Origin: Rhizophagus irregularis
Taxonomy: Eukaryota
Direction of reading: 5' to 3'
DNA: 64,000 bases
NCBI RefSeq assembly: GCF_026210795.1
Contig: NC_089435.1
Location: 3,472,001 to 3,536,000, forward strand
Part shown: positions 26,901 to 39,514 of the stretch, one piece after another
Numbering within the stretch: the first letter of the stretch is position 1
Layout: each line of letters begins with the position of its first letter
Notes under the pieces: generated by a model
What the model saw: only the letters and a program-made list of their open reading frames with translations
Told to the model about the DNA's origin: nothing
Databases searched by the model: none
Made by a program: the position numbers and the translations under genes

Positions 26901-29900
26901 ATGATTCTTTTTTCATTTTTATTAATCAAGCCAAGAGGAGGGGTTGCATCCTTGCTTGCTCAATCTGATAAAAAATCATTTGCTGAATTAAGGACTGAAT
27001 CGGCAAGTATTTTTTTTTTCTTTTTATTTTATATGAAAAATCAATTACCTAACCTGTAAGAAAAAAATAACCAATTTTCAAATTTTTCATTATAGTTTCC
27101 TAATCCTCCTGAACTTAAAGGAGAGATTTACTCATATTTGCCTTTATCAATAAGTACCAATCTGGGAGTCCATTTAAATGGGAACTTTTCTTTATCTAGT
27201 GCAAGAAGTAATATTCTACAGTCTGAAAATGATTTCTTACAAGCTGATTGTGATGATGCAAAATGGAACCGCTATATCTTATATGATGTTTTACCCATTT
27301 TACACAATAAACTACTTGATGAGATCGTGAATCTTGAAGACATTAGATACAACAACAATAGAACTGATTTTATTCCACATACCTTAAATAATCTTTGGCC
27401 AATTACAAAAAATTTAACTATGGGATTGTACAAAAGTTACGGATTAAATGTTATTAAAAAGGGTAATAATAGAATTTACTGGACCGAAGCCAACGGTGGT
27501 AGATTTATATCATTAAAAGAAGGCAAAATTATTGAAGGAGAAGAAACAATGATTGGCGATATTTTGGGAGAATTGGGAGTTTTAATTTTGAAACTTGACA
27601 AGGACAAGCTTGAACAAATCAAGGAGATTGCTAAAAGTAAAAGGAGTCTAGGGTTCAAATATGAAACAATCAGTGGAAAAGAAGTTTGCGATAAATTGCG
27701 AGGAAAAGATAGTTTTATAAATTCATTTATACAAAAGAATAATGATAGTTCTGATAAAAAGAAGGACCCTCACGAAACAATATTCTTATTGCTTCGCTTT
27801 ATTCTTAGTAGTATTGATGGCTCATATAAAAATCTCGATAGATTACCATTAGTTCCATTGAGCGATGATTCGGTCGGAACGTTTGGCGAAGTCTATTATA
27901 TAGGGAAACAAAAGCATATAAACCTGTTTCCTAAAGTTGGGCCATCAAAATTTGTTCGTGTTGAATTACCGCACGACATAGAAAAAGTTTTTAAACGGGA
28001 TGATTTTTCTGTATTAAATATTAGACAGTTTGATTCTGCTGCAACTTTAGATCTTTTGTCCTTAGAATTTCCATACAAAAATATTAAGGAATTGGATTGG
28101 GATCCTTATGGCAAATCTATACCAAATGACGAATGGCTAAAAGAAATTTGGTCTAAACTTACATCTAGTAAGACTATAGATTTTACAAAACTTTCAAAAT
28201 TTCCTCTCTTACCAATGATCCAACCTTCCGAGAAGCTCGTTCAACTTGACATAACAAATCCGCTTTTAAATGTTGAACACGGAAGCAATTTATATCCAGT
28301 ATTAAAAAAGCTCAAGTTACGGTTCACTAATATGAAATTTCCAGACAACGCTAATTCAAATATCAAACAGTGTGTATTGCCATACAATCCAGTTAATATT
28401 GTCAATGCCTTGGAGAGGACTTGCATTTTATTGGATTTGTCTATGGAACAATTATTTAAAACTAGTGATCTTACAAATAAGGACTATGAAAGATTTAGAA
28501 CATATATTAAAGAAAATCATGAAGCATTTAAAAGTAAGTTAATGATTGATAAACTATTATATTTGATTAATAGCTTGTTAATAACTAACAACAAATTATC
28601 GTAACAGGACCGATTCGAAATCAAGACTTTATGAATGTTCTTCGTTCATTTCCAATATGGCCAGTACATTCTTGTGATAATAAGTTTATCGATGCCGGAT
28701 CTGGAATTCTCCTTCCGCACAATCTTCCATTTTTTTCCTTTCAGCAAATTGGTAATTTTTACAAATGTGATGAATATGATTTCCGTACTCTTTTCGGCTT
28801 AAGTGTTACTTACATAGATGAAGAAAAGTATATTAAAGACTATTTCATACCTCAACATATAAATACATTACCATCCGAAGATTATATTACTTTCTTGCAG
28901 AAAATTTTATCTTTAGGAAAGAGAGAAATCGAGCAATATTTTGAATTATATCCATTAATTCCAAATAAATCACTTACAGCTTTGGTAAAGGCTAATACCT
29001 TATATGACAATAATGTTCCTTTATTCTGCAGTGTTTTTGAGGACTCCGACAATTTTTTACCTACAATATTTTATAGTAATCCAGCTTGTGTGACAGCATT
29101 GAAAAGAATCGGTCTTAAGTATCAAGTGAATTGTAAAACCTTCATTGAATGTGCACAAGAGATTGAGTCACAACTTCAAAATAACAAATATCCAATGAAC
29201 ATAATCAAATATCGAGCAAAATATGTAATAGATTATTTATATGGACATATTGAAACTCTAAATTTCTCAAGTGTTCAATGGGCAGAAATTATGCAAATAA
29301 AGTTCGTCCCATCAGAAAAAAATTTTCAAAATTCATTATATGAAGATGTGAAAGAAACTTCTGGATTTGAAAGCTTTGCGGTGCTTTGTTTCCAAAGATA
29401 TAAGGAAGTATGTTGGACACGAAAGCCTTTATTTGATAAAAGTGTTGAACCAAACAGCTCATTTCTTCTGCGTCGTCCTAAAATTGGAAAACCATCTTCG
29501 GAAGATGTTATTAATCATTGGTCTTATGTTGTTGATAAAATTAAATCAAGATCTTTAGTTTGGAGATCTTCAGAGAATTATAGTGTTGTTAAGAAAATAA
29601 TCAAAAAAATTTATGAAATAATGAATGAATTTTCCAAAGAAACCCCTGGGTTAAGTATTGACCCAGAAGAGAAATTATTCTTGAATGGAGAAGATCCATT
29701 TGATGATGAAAATTGGGTAGCAGGAAGTGAGCTTGTATTTGGGGTACAAGAGGATATTAGAAAGGGATTATTACATAAAGTTAATGAATGTTTAATCCCT
29801 TACAAGGAATTATTGTTAGTTGCAGGAGCTCTAAAGCTGGAAGAAATAATAGAAGATGAATTAGATTTTAACGAAAAACACGATCAAAAAAGTTTGTTGC

Positions 29901-30606
29901 TTGATAGTTTGTTGGATAGACTTGTAAAAGGCCTTAATACAAAGCATCATGATGTAATTTTTATTGTCGGTGAGAAGGAATTGAAGTTTGGCGCTAGTCG
30001 TTACGTCCTTTCTGGTGAGTTAAGGAAGTTATTATTTTTGCGCTTTATATTTTATTAAATTACTTATTAAAATGCTTACGTCTTTTATCAATAGCCGCAT
30101 CTAAATATTTTGAGAAAATGTTTTGTGGTCACACAGCTGAGTCAATAGAAAATCAACAGATCGAAATTAGAATAAACGATATTAATCCGGATGCTTTTAA
30201 AGTATTCCTTCGATGGTTGTATGGACAATCTTTTGAAACCGCAAAAAATGCTATTTTACGCAAACAAACTGATTTTAACGCAGAACAAGAAGATTATGTT
30301 TCTTACTATTTATCATTTCTTGTTGATCTGTTGAAAATTACAGATATGTATGAAGGTGAACCACTTAAAGATATAGTAGAAGTTACGATTATAAAGGGTA
30401 AATACATTAATGTCAATAATGTATGTGAAATCCTTGAATGGGCAAAAGATTGCAAAGCTTCAAAACTAGCAACTCGCTGTGAAAAGTATATAGAAAAAAA
30501 TAAACATATAATCGTGGAGAAAAGGTTGGAACTTTGTGAAACTGAATTGGACGACGAAAGAAGGGAAGAAGAGTCACAAATGTTAGAGTTATTATTAAAC
30601 AATTAA
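20982..30606 (+). CDS. Sacsin-like protein 2: two sacsin repeating regions + C-terminal BTB/POZ (~2897 aa, 12 exons); tandem paralog of 8938-18172
   Basis: Exons 20982-21366, 21455-22254, 22341-22391, 22486-23693, 23788-25634, 25717-25799, 25879-25917, 25996-26847, 26931-27002 (GC donor follows), 27096-28533, 28608-30014, 30095-30606; total 8694 nt, in frame. Same GHKL motifs and intron positions as paralog 1 plus one extra intron. BTB: HDVIFIVG...ASRYVLSAASKYFEKMF...DINPDAFKVFLRWLYG. Confidence 0.92.
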
Positions 30607-30907
30607 TGGTAATTAACTTTGTGAAAATTTTAGTTGCAAATTCTTTTTAATGTAGTGAATATTTGTTTTTTTTTGTTCATGAGCCACAATTGTATATTCG
30701 TCTAGTAGATTTATAACGTTCATATTTATTTAAACTTTATTGATTTGTATTATACATTAATTAAATACTTTTTCAATTATAAAAAGAATGGTCTAAGAAG
30801 AAACGAATATATATAAGAAAAAATGTTTTTTATACAAAAGGTAGCTATAAAAAAAAATATATAAAAAAGTACGAACATACGAAATTTATGTATACTTATG
30901 AAATAAA

Positions 30908-33900
30908 TTATACATTTCCAGTCCCAGCAGCTAATTTATTCAATACGTTTAACATTTCAGCTAATCTACCCTCCAATAAATTTAATCTCTCACCAATAGA
31001 ACCTTCAATAGTTTTTATAGAATCCTTTAATGATACTATTTCACTTTGAATACTACTTGCATCTTCAATCATAGGTGATATTACATTTGTAGTTTCAGAT
31101 AAATCATCATTTTTAAAATTAACTTTCTTATTTGTTGAGCTCTTCTGAGAAGTTTCGATGTTTTCATCACTATCAGCTGTACTCGTACTCCAACTACTAT
31201 AAAATTCTATCCTACTTTTCCTATTCATTGACTTAATATTCTTTTTATCATAAACATCAACGTCTAACCCAGTTATATCCCATCCTTCCTTTGAAGGCTC
31301 GTTATCCTTATCATTATTATCATCATAATATTTATTATAATCATAGAATTTCTCTTTAGTCGACGATTCCCTCAATTTCCAATATTCTTCACATTTTCTT
31401 AACCATTTTGTCAATTTATTGATATTGCCTAAATAGAATATATGTCTTGGATTTCCTTTTGTATCTCCAAATGGTTTTTCTAATATTTCATATTCTGCGA
31501 TTAAATCGGAACGATATTTTAATACTGCTAATCTACCTTCAGACTTAGCCTCATCGAATACACCCCTAAATTAAATAAGAAAAAAATTTTAATAAATTCC
31601 TTCGTGAAATAAATAATCTTTATAATTTTCTATACGTTAAATATACTTACGACATAAAAGCGATTAACATATTTTGCATAATAATGACTAATATAACACT
31701 AGCGATTAAACTCAATACACTAACAGGCCAAAAATTCCATTGTTGTAATTGATCCCAACGTCCATTAATCCAAAAATAAACAGCTACTACGGATTGAGCA
31801 AAATTTGCAAAATAATTGTCTGTTGCTTTATTTAAATCAAACGTTTGATGAATCGTCCCAGTCTTTATTCCATTATTATCTTGTAAATCAAATTGTGTAC
31901 CATCCGGTTCAAGTCCAATTTTTTCTGGTTCACGAAGTAACAAGTACCTAAAAGTAGGAGAGTAAAAAGTGAAAGAAAGTTAGAGAAAAGAAAAATGAGA
32001 TAAAGAAAATGTGTACACATATTTTGATAATTACATCGCATGTCCGTGTGCAAGTACCACAATACCTACATGTTATAAAAATTATAGGATTAATTTAAAC
32101 TCAAAAAAAAAATAAAAAAATAAATTATATATATTTTTAATAAAAAAAAAAAATTTATTTACCCATGAATGCGATGAAGGGCCAGACGTTACGTACAATA
32201 TTTATAATTATATAAATAAAATTCCCTGTTACCGCGAAATATCTAAGTAACAAGAACTAATAAAAGAAAAGAACGGTTAAATAAATCATAAGAAAGAAAT
32301 CATTTTTACAATATAAATTATATACCATTTCAATCCATAAAACCAAGATAGTGAAGGACATAGCCACTGTTGACTGTTGTACCTGATTTATTGGTACAGT
32401 TCCTCTAGATTCCCTTACCCATGTAACAGTATAAGCAGCTAAAGGCATAATAATACTAGCTAGATCAAAAAAGTTATAAACGCTAATATATCTTCTCCAG
32501 CCTTCGTGATAAAATTGTACAATTTCACTAGCCAGTAGATAATAACCCAAATAATAAAAAGTAAATATCAAAAGCTTTACGAAAGCCCTAATATGAACAT
32601 TTTCTTCATTGTTAGCATTAGCACGCACATTATTTACTACAAAACTATTTTTTAATGCGCCAGTTAATACAGCAAATAAAAGCGCAAAGCAAACGAACAA
32701 AAGTGCATGACGCAAGAAATGACTACGCGCGTATTCCCACTTAAAGTCTATTACAGCTTCCATTGCAGGATTATCAAATATCATACCATCCTTATCTTTT
32801 CTTACTACTCTAAGGAAGGGGGATAAATTTGATTCTTTTTTAATGGCGTATCCACGTGGCCAAAATAATATACGTAATAATTGAAATGGCAAATTACGAG
32901 GGTTTAATTCTTGACTTTTTGTACCTTGAGGATATACAGTGAAATCTGGTAGTGGAACCGATCTTAATGCTACTAATGCTGATGAATCTCCTCTCCCTAA
33001 TCCTGGTATCACTTTTTGTAATGCTACCAATTGCTGGTTATGCGTAATACTATTAACAAGAAAAAAAGATTAATTGAAAGTTTGGTTACGAATTTAGACT
33101 AAAAGTTAATAACATTTTACCTGGTCTTTGATTTATCTATTATATTCGCGATGGGCTGTAATATTTTAAACTTACGTAAGTTACGTAAGCTAATTGGCTT
33201 TTCCTTAGGTTCTAATCTGGTATTTGGGTTGAATGCTTTTATATACCTTAATTTACCTTGAGGTAAATCATTGGGATTTATATGCGATTCGTCCAGATGG
33301 ATTTCTTTCATTCCAAATATAGGCTTAGAGAACAGATCTTTAGCATATGAGTCTAAACGAAAAAAAAAAGTTAAAAATATATTTATTTTCTGTATTTTTT
33401 ACTACTCCATATTCCATTTAATTTAACTTCTTACCAAGATGATGGTCAAACAATAAAGGGACAGCACAAGACACTGTAAACATCCAGCCAGTATTATCCA
33501 TTGCATTATCAGAATAATAATCCAGAAGAAAACCGACCATAACCGCATCTCTTTGTCTTCTTCCTTCACTACATTTTATTGCAATCTCTAAATCACTTGT
33601 TTTTTGTTTTTTTGGCCACTCGTTCAGTCGTGGAGTATGAAGATATCTCATCCAAGGATTAGATTCTTCATTATTAAGAATTTTTTGTATCAAACGTATA
33701 CGACGACCTTTAATAAGACTAGCCATAACATCATATCTAACATCAATTAATCTCCAAATAGCGGGGCGTTTCTTAATGAATTGTCTAATCAATCTTTCGG
33801 TTCTATGAACCAAGTTTTCATATTCTTGTTGCTTCTGCAGACCAGCTGGATCATCTCTTCTATCGTATAAATGCCAAAGAGCGGAACAAGCATGATTAAC

Positions 33901-35775
33901 AGCATTAACTTCAAACGGCCAATGAAGATTTAATACAGATTCCGTTGTCATAGATTGATTTGATTTTATATGAAGACAAACTTCAAACTCACGTTGTCCG
34001 ATTTTCAGTGATTCAATAGAAATTTTTTTGTCTTTTGGAGCAACCCAAATATATTTAAGTTGTTCCTTTGCATTTACATCTTTCCTATACCATACTTGTA
34101 CGGTTGTCACTCCGATGAATAATTGAGTCGTTCTTTCGTCATCCAAGAAAGCAGATATACGAGCATATCCTTTAGAATGTATCCAAGGTTCTTTATCGAA
34201 TACTATAACAGGTTTTGTTTCGGCATTATCACGTTCTCCATCTTGATAAAATATGGTATGGTGAACAGATAAATCCCATTCAGATTCACGAAGATACTTT
34301 ACGTCAAGTGTAATTAAACCTTTTTTTGATTTAATAGTAGGAACGAGTATTTCTTTAACAAGAGTATGATCCAATACGGACGTAACGCTTCCATCAGAAC
34401 CAGCAAGTATAATATTTCCACAACTTCTAACTAATTTATAACTTCCAGATGAAAATAATTCCGTAGCATCTTGTAATATTCTAATAGCATTGTCCATATA
34501 ACTAAATAAATCCCAAACGATGATTAAGGGTATCAAACTTTCTTTTTCTTGTGCAATGATAATTAAAGATTCATCATCATTTATAAAATCTACCGAAAGA
34601 ATTCTTTCAACTCGAGGAAAACTTTGTGTTGAGATTTCCAATGAATTTTCTATTAAGTAAATTGTAATCGAATTAGCGCCACGACAATAAGCTAATAATG
34701 CATTATGTTTTGAAATGGCCACAGCGGGATTTCCATGACCAAATGCTGTTACTGCTGATTCTGCCCTTTGATGGAACACCATTTCTAATTTATCAGTTCT
34801 TAAATTATACATTTCCACCACTTGTACTCTATCTTTATAATCTTCAATTAAAAAGTAATCATTTTCTATGCTCCTACTTAATAATTCCAAACATGGAGTA
34901 TTTTGATAAAGTTTTTCAAGTTCAGCTTGAATTTTCAGTGGAAAATAGAATTGTTGAAGTTGAGAAGATGATGAAAATATATTCAACCATGAATTATTAT
35001 TATTCTCATTATTAATAACGTTATTCGACATTACAATATTATCCAAATCAAAAAAAGTTTTAGATATTCCGTTAGCATTTACAACAACTATTGTAACAGT
35101 TTGTGGTTGCAATGGGTCATCATTTAAAAATCTAACCAATCCACCCGAATCATCAATTGCTGTTAATATTCTTGAACTATGAAGTGTTGAAATTATAAAA
35201 GTTGTCGAGTTTACTCCTTTAACTCCTTTTTCTTCATCATATGTTGGGTGATTTTTCTCATTTTCTAAATCATCACTCGATTGATTATATGCAATTGTTG
35301 ACATTGAACTATTCGTTACTGATTTACCTAACATCATTTCACTTTCATCAAAACAACTTAGGGCTATTAATGTATCAGAGTATGATTGTACGTTGTTGCC
35401 CATTTGTATAATATTAATCGGATTGGAAACTGCTAATGACCATACCAATTTAACGGAAGATACGGAAGATCTAATTTCATCAAGAGCTTCACAATTTACT
35501 GGGCGTTGCTTAAATAATGAATCAACTTGACAAATATTTAACTCGAGCGTAGCTATAATTGATTATGAAAATAATTAAACTCTAAATAAAATAAAATAAA
35601 ATAAAATTCTAAAAAAAAAATAAATACCTGAGTTAAAGGTGGCAACTTGTCGACCGTTTGGACTAACTGCTACATGATGTGTAGGATATAATTTTTTATC
35701 GGAATTTTCTATATTTCCAACACCACTAACACTTCCTGTAAAAGTATCCTTCGAGGTTTCGTATAATATATCCAT
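30908..35775 (-). CDS. TRP-like (6-TM, Ion_trans-type) cation channel with a long beta-rich N-terminal region (~1433 aa, 8 exons)
   Basis: Exons 35775-35628, 35552-33435, 33352-33121, 33049-32326, 32256-32163, 32065-32035, 31947-31651, 31565-30908; total 4302 nt, in frame. Pre-S1 NPAMEAVIDFKW; S2-S3 YISVYNFFD; S4 LWIEMFLLLRYF; pore region VAVYFWINGRWD; S6 IIMQNMLIAFMSGVF; coiled-coil-like C-terminus. Confidence 0.85.
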
Positions 35776-36810
35776 ATATATATATATATATATAATGTAT
35801 AGTATTTTAACTACGAATACTTTTTTTTCAGTAATTTCAAAAAAAATTTCTTTTACTCAATAAAAGAAAATTTTTTCTAAAAAAAAAAATAAAATAAAAT
35901 AAAAAATAATGAGAAATATATATATATGAAAATGGGGAATTAAAAGGAAAGGAATGAAATTGGCTTTTTTTTTTGTTTTGACAAGGGAAAGAAGGAATAA
36001 GGAAACAGTGGTCCTGTTAGAAACATTTGTGTAATTCGTGTGTACAGGCTAATAATTGTTAATATATATGGCGGATCTTTTTAAATTAACAAACAAAAAT
36101 GTATAAAATAATTTATTTTAAGCCTGACGTACGTACTATTGTTGTTATATTAATATTCTATTATATTATTCTTTATATAGATCATGATGTACGATACCAA
36201 CCAATAAGAAAGAATCTTTTATTATGAAACTTGGGGAATAATTTGTAAAATAGATGATGTTGTGCAAACATCCCAAAAAATTTTTTACCTGAGGAGGCTA
36301 TACGTATTGTGATACTAAATTTGAGAAGCAAAGTTACTTGATCTGTATCACTTTACTTTCTGGCCGCATATATATGTAATACAAGGTATGCTGGTCAAAG
36401 ATGGTAACACGAGAAGGGTTAAAGAAACATAATTCGTAAAATTCATAGAATTCGTAATTTCGTTAAACTTACATAAAAATATTATCAATGTCATATTTGG
36501 TAAATAAGTTTCCCTCCCTGAATTAAATAATTTAAACTTACGCCACAAGATTAAACAATCGATATCATTTAATTCGTGTTTCTAAATATAGTTTTTTTTT
36601 ACTAAGCATATCATTCAAAAATATGCGTTGTAACGCTATCATAGGCAGCAATATTAATTTCTTGGCATTATTTAGATCGAAGCATTTCTTGTAAGCCTCA
36701 ATTATACAAGTTTATAGCGTAGAAATTAATTCGTTTTCCCGATTGTTAGATTATCAAGTAATCTCCGATTTTACCATATGATAATTATGTAACCATTGTT
36801 GTTTCAAGAA

Positions 36811-36972
36811 TACCGCACTGCACAAGATATCCCTCTTTGATAATACCCCCATGTAAAGTATCCATTTCTAAAAATCTGCATAATTTAAAAATTTTTTTCA
36901 GGGGTACAAAATAACTTCTGAACCTAGGTATTTTTATATTATACCCGGGGTATCTTGTGCAGTGCGGTACGG
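36811..36972. mobile_element. MITE with (ccg)taccgcactgcacaagata terminal inverted repeats; same family as 48650-49353
   Basis: Left taccgcactgcacaagatatccc; right ggggtatcttgtgcagtgcggtacgg|TA. Confidence 0.75.
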
Positions 36973-37419
36973 TACCCTAAGTTTCAGTTTTTTAAGAAAC
37001 TGAACGGACTAAGCCAAGCAAGCATGCACTTACGTTGATACATTCCATATATATATCAGAATGGTCACATATAATTTACGCGATAACGTGATATCATTTG
37101 TTTCTCGTCACGTGCTATCAGAAATTCAATTAGATGGTAAATAACGTGACTTCTCAGTAGTATTTATTTTTTTATCATAAAATGAATAAAAATGAATAAA
37201 TGTTTATATAATATGCATTTATTACTACTGTTCTGTAAAAATAAAAATAAAAATAAAAATAAATGTTATGTAATATCTAATGTATTAATGTGATAAAAGA
37301 CACCTTTAATACACACATTTAGCTATCAATAGAGATAATTTTGGGCCTAGGTCCAGCCTCGGTCCATCCTAAAAATCATTAGACTGAAGCTCTCATGAAA
37401 ACATAACGTTTAGAAAATA

Positions 37420-39165
37420 TTCACTCCCAATGCACAAAGCAGCTGAAAGACTTCCAAGAACTTTACAATCTCATCTAATGAGAAACGTAATGTCGCAGAC
37501 TTTATTTGTAAAACTGTATAAAAATGTTTTCTATTAGGGCGAAGTTCACTTAGTGTAATTCGTCACTAATATAATTCACAAATGTAAGAATTTAACAATC
37601 AAAGAAACTAGTAATAACATCACACTAAGTATACTACCAATACACTGAACCATACTGTAAATGTGCGCAAGTTCTTAACATTTTCTGCGCTCTTATCTAG
37701 GTAATCTCTGAGTAGAGATACCGCCCTCGGTGTCCTCTCTTACATGTTTTAAAATGGCATTCTCGGGACCTCCTGAAATTTCAATGAATACAATCTCTTT
37801 GTTGCTTGCGACTTTCATACCAATACCATCTACTTTATTTAATGTTAAATCAAACTCTGGAAAACAACTTCACATCTTTAATACAGTCAGCTTGCACTTC
37901 AATCCAATCAAACATGTATTCTTTGTAAAATGATTAAATTTCCTTTGAATAAAGCAACAATCCTATCTACGGTGTGTTCCTTTCCCCAATATTGTGATTC
38001 ATTGTATTTTCGTTGATCATAGAGAAACTGAATTTAATCAGTATAAGTTAGTCGGCCATTCCAAGAAAGAGGACACATTAGAGTCCTGGAAAAAAACAAA
38101 GTCATAAAGAATAGTTTCACAAACCTTCCGAAATTGATAATCAGCAATCAATGGAGTCATTATAGTACTCTTGGATGCACCTTTCTCTGATTAAGTAAAG
38201 AGATCTTTAATAAATATTTGATTTAACATCGAGGTTGATGTTTATTACTAATAATACATATACAAGCCACAAATTTCTTCTGGAATTACATCGACTCGAT
38301 CATCTTTCCTGATTATACGTTGATTGTTAACATTTATCGAAAATATTTTGCTAAATATTGTATAGAATGTTCGCTGAGGGTTGGTTTTCGTGGTGTAGGT
38401 ATAGTCATTTCGCGTGGTCTCAGATGTGGTATCTTGAGTTGATTACTTAAGCGTAGCTTTTAAAAATGAATTACGTAAAACACATTTCAACTCACGCCAT
38501 CATCATTTGATTTAGTAATAGCCATTCTCCTAACCACGCACTTTCGTTTGATTCTAATCTATTAGATAGAAACCAATGTGCTGCCAGTCGAATTCTTCAT
38601 GAACGGAACACTAATTTTCTTACCCGTTTCTCCTCAATCATCCAAATAGCCTTGTCCGTTATCTCATTTTTCAACTGCAACAAAAGATAATATATATATA
38701 TAATCTGTTTTATAATACATATATATAATATATATATAGTCAATGAGCGATGGAAGGTGGGAAACGCAACTCCATATTTCATATTATCGCGAGAACGCAG
38801 CTTCTTCAAATTCACCCTACACTCAAGACGAGGGCGGGGAGCGCAACCTCATACTCCATAAATACACTGATTCTTACAGGAACGTAACCCGTTGGAATTC
38901 CCACATCTCTTGCAGGAACGGGACCGCACATTATAAATAAACTTTTCGATAAGTCTTTCGTCACATTTCTTCCAAAGGTATTTTTGTCTGTCCATGGTTT
39001 ATCTTTAAATTGTTCGACTATTATTTCTTTTTTACACATGAAATTACTATAGGATATTTTTGCAGAACGCGTTTCTTCGAAATACGCGCTGGTTTCTGTT
39101 CATAGATAAGATATGCAAGAAAGTCAGAACTCAGATATGTTGAACCTACCTTTATCGAAAGACAT
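37420..39165 (-). pseudogene. Pseudogene of a PD-(D/E)xK restriction-endonuclease-fold protein (Crinkler-REase-like)
   Basis: Spliced start MSFDK|ETSAYFEETRSAKISYSNFMCKKEIIVEQFKDKPWTD. C-terminal KEYMFDWIEVQADCIKDVK /frameshift/ FPEFDLTLNKVDGIGMKVASNKEIVFIEISGGPENAILKHVREDTE, then RITLSELRP...QIKSATLRFSLDEIVKFLEVFQLL. The D...E.SG...H..D pattern fits an REase-fold active site. Several frame disruptions. Confidence 0.6.
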
Positions 39166-39514
39166 TTTGCTTAAAAAAACCTCTTAAAAAAACCTACAGA
39201 ATCTTAAATTATACTCGTATATAATATATACGTCGTAACTAGCCGGAGTAGTTGTCTCGTCCTGTAGATATGTAGAAACGTACGATATTTATTTAGTCGC
39301 ATAAATTTTTTACCGATAAATTGGTTTAAAAAAAAAAATAGAAAAAAAAGTTGATTTTCTAAAAATAACTCATTGCACGGCTTTATAAATTAAATTACTA
39401 TTTTTTAAAAAAAATAACTTGCAAACCTTATATATTATAATATTTATATCTAACAGGATGCCCACCTGACGCGTGCGGCGTGCCACTCGTCACATAACAT
39501 TAAGGTATAATTAA

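Noticed and set aside
8938..30606. Treating the many separate large ORFs as an operon-like multi-gene system
   Set aside because: Splice sites join them into two single genes whose exon sums are multiples of three and whose intron positions match.
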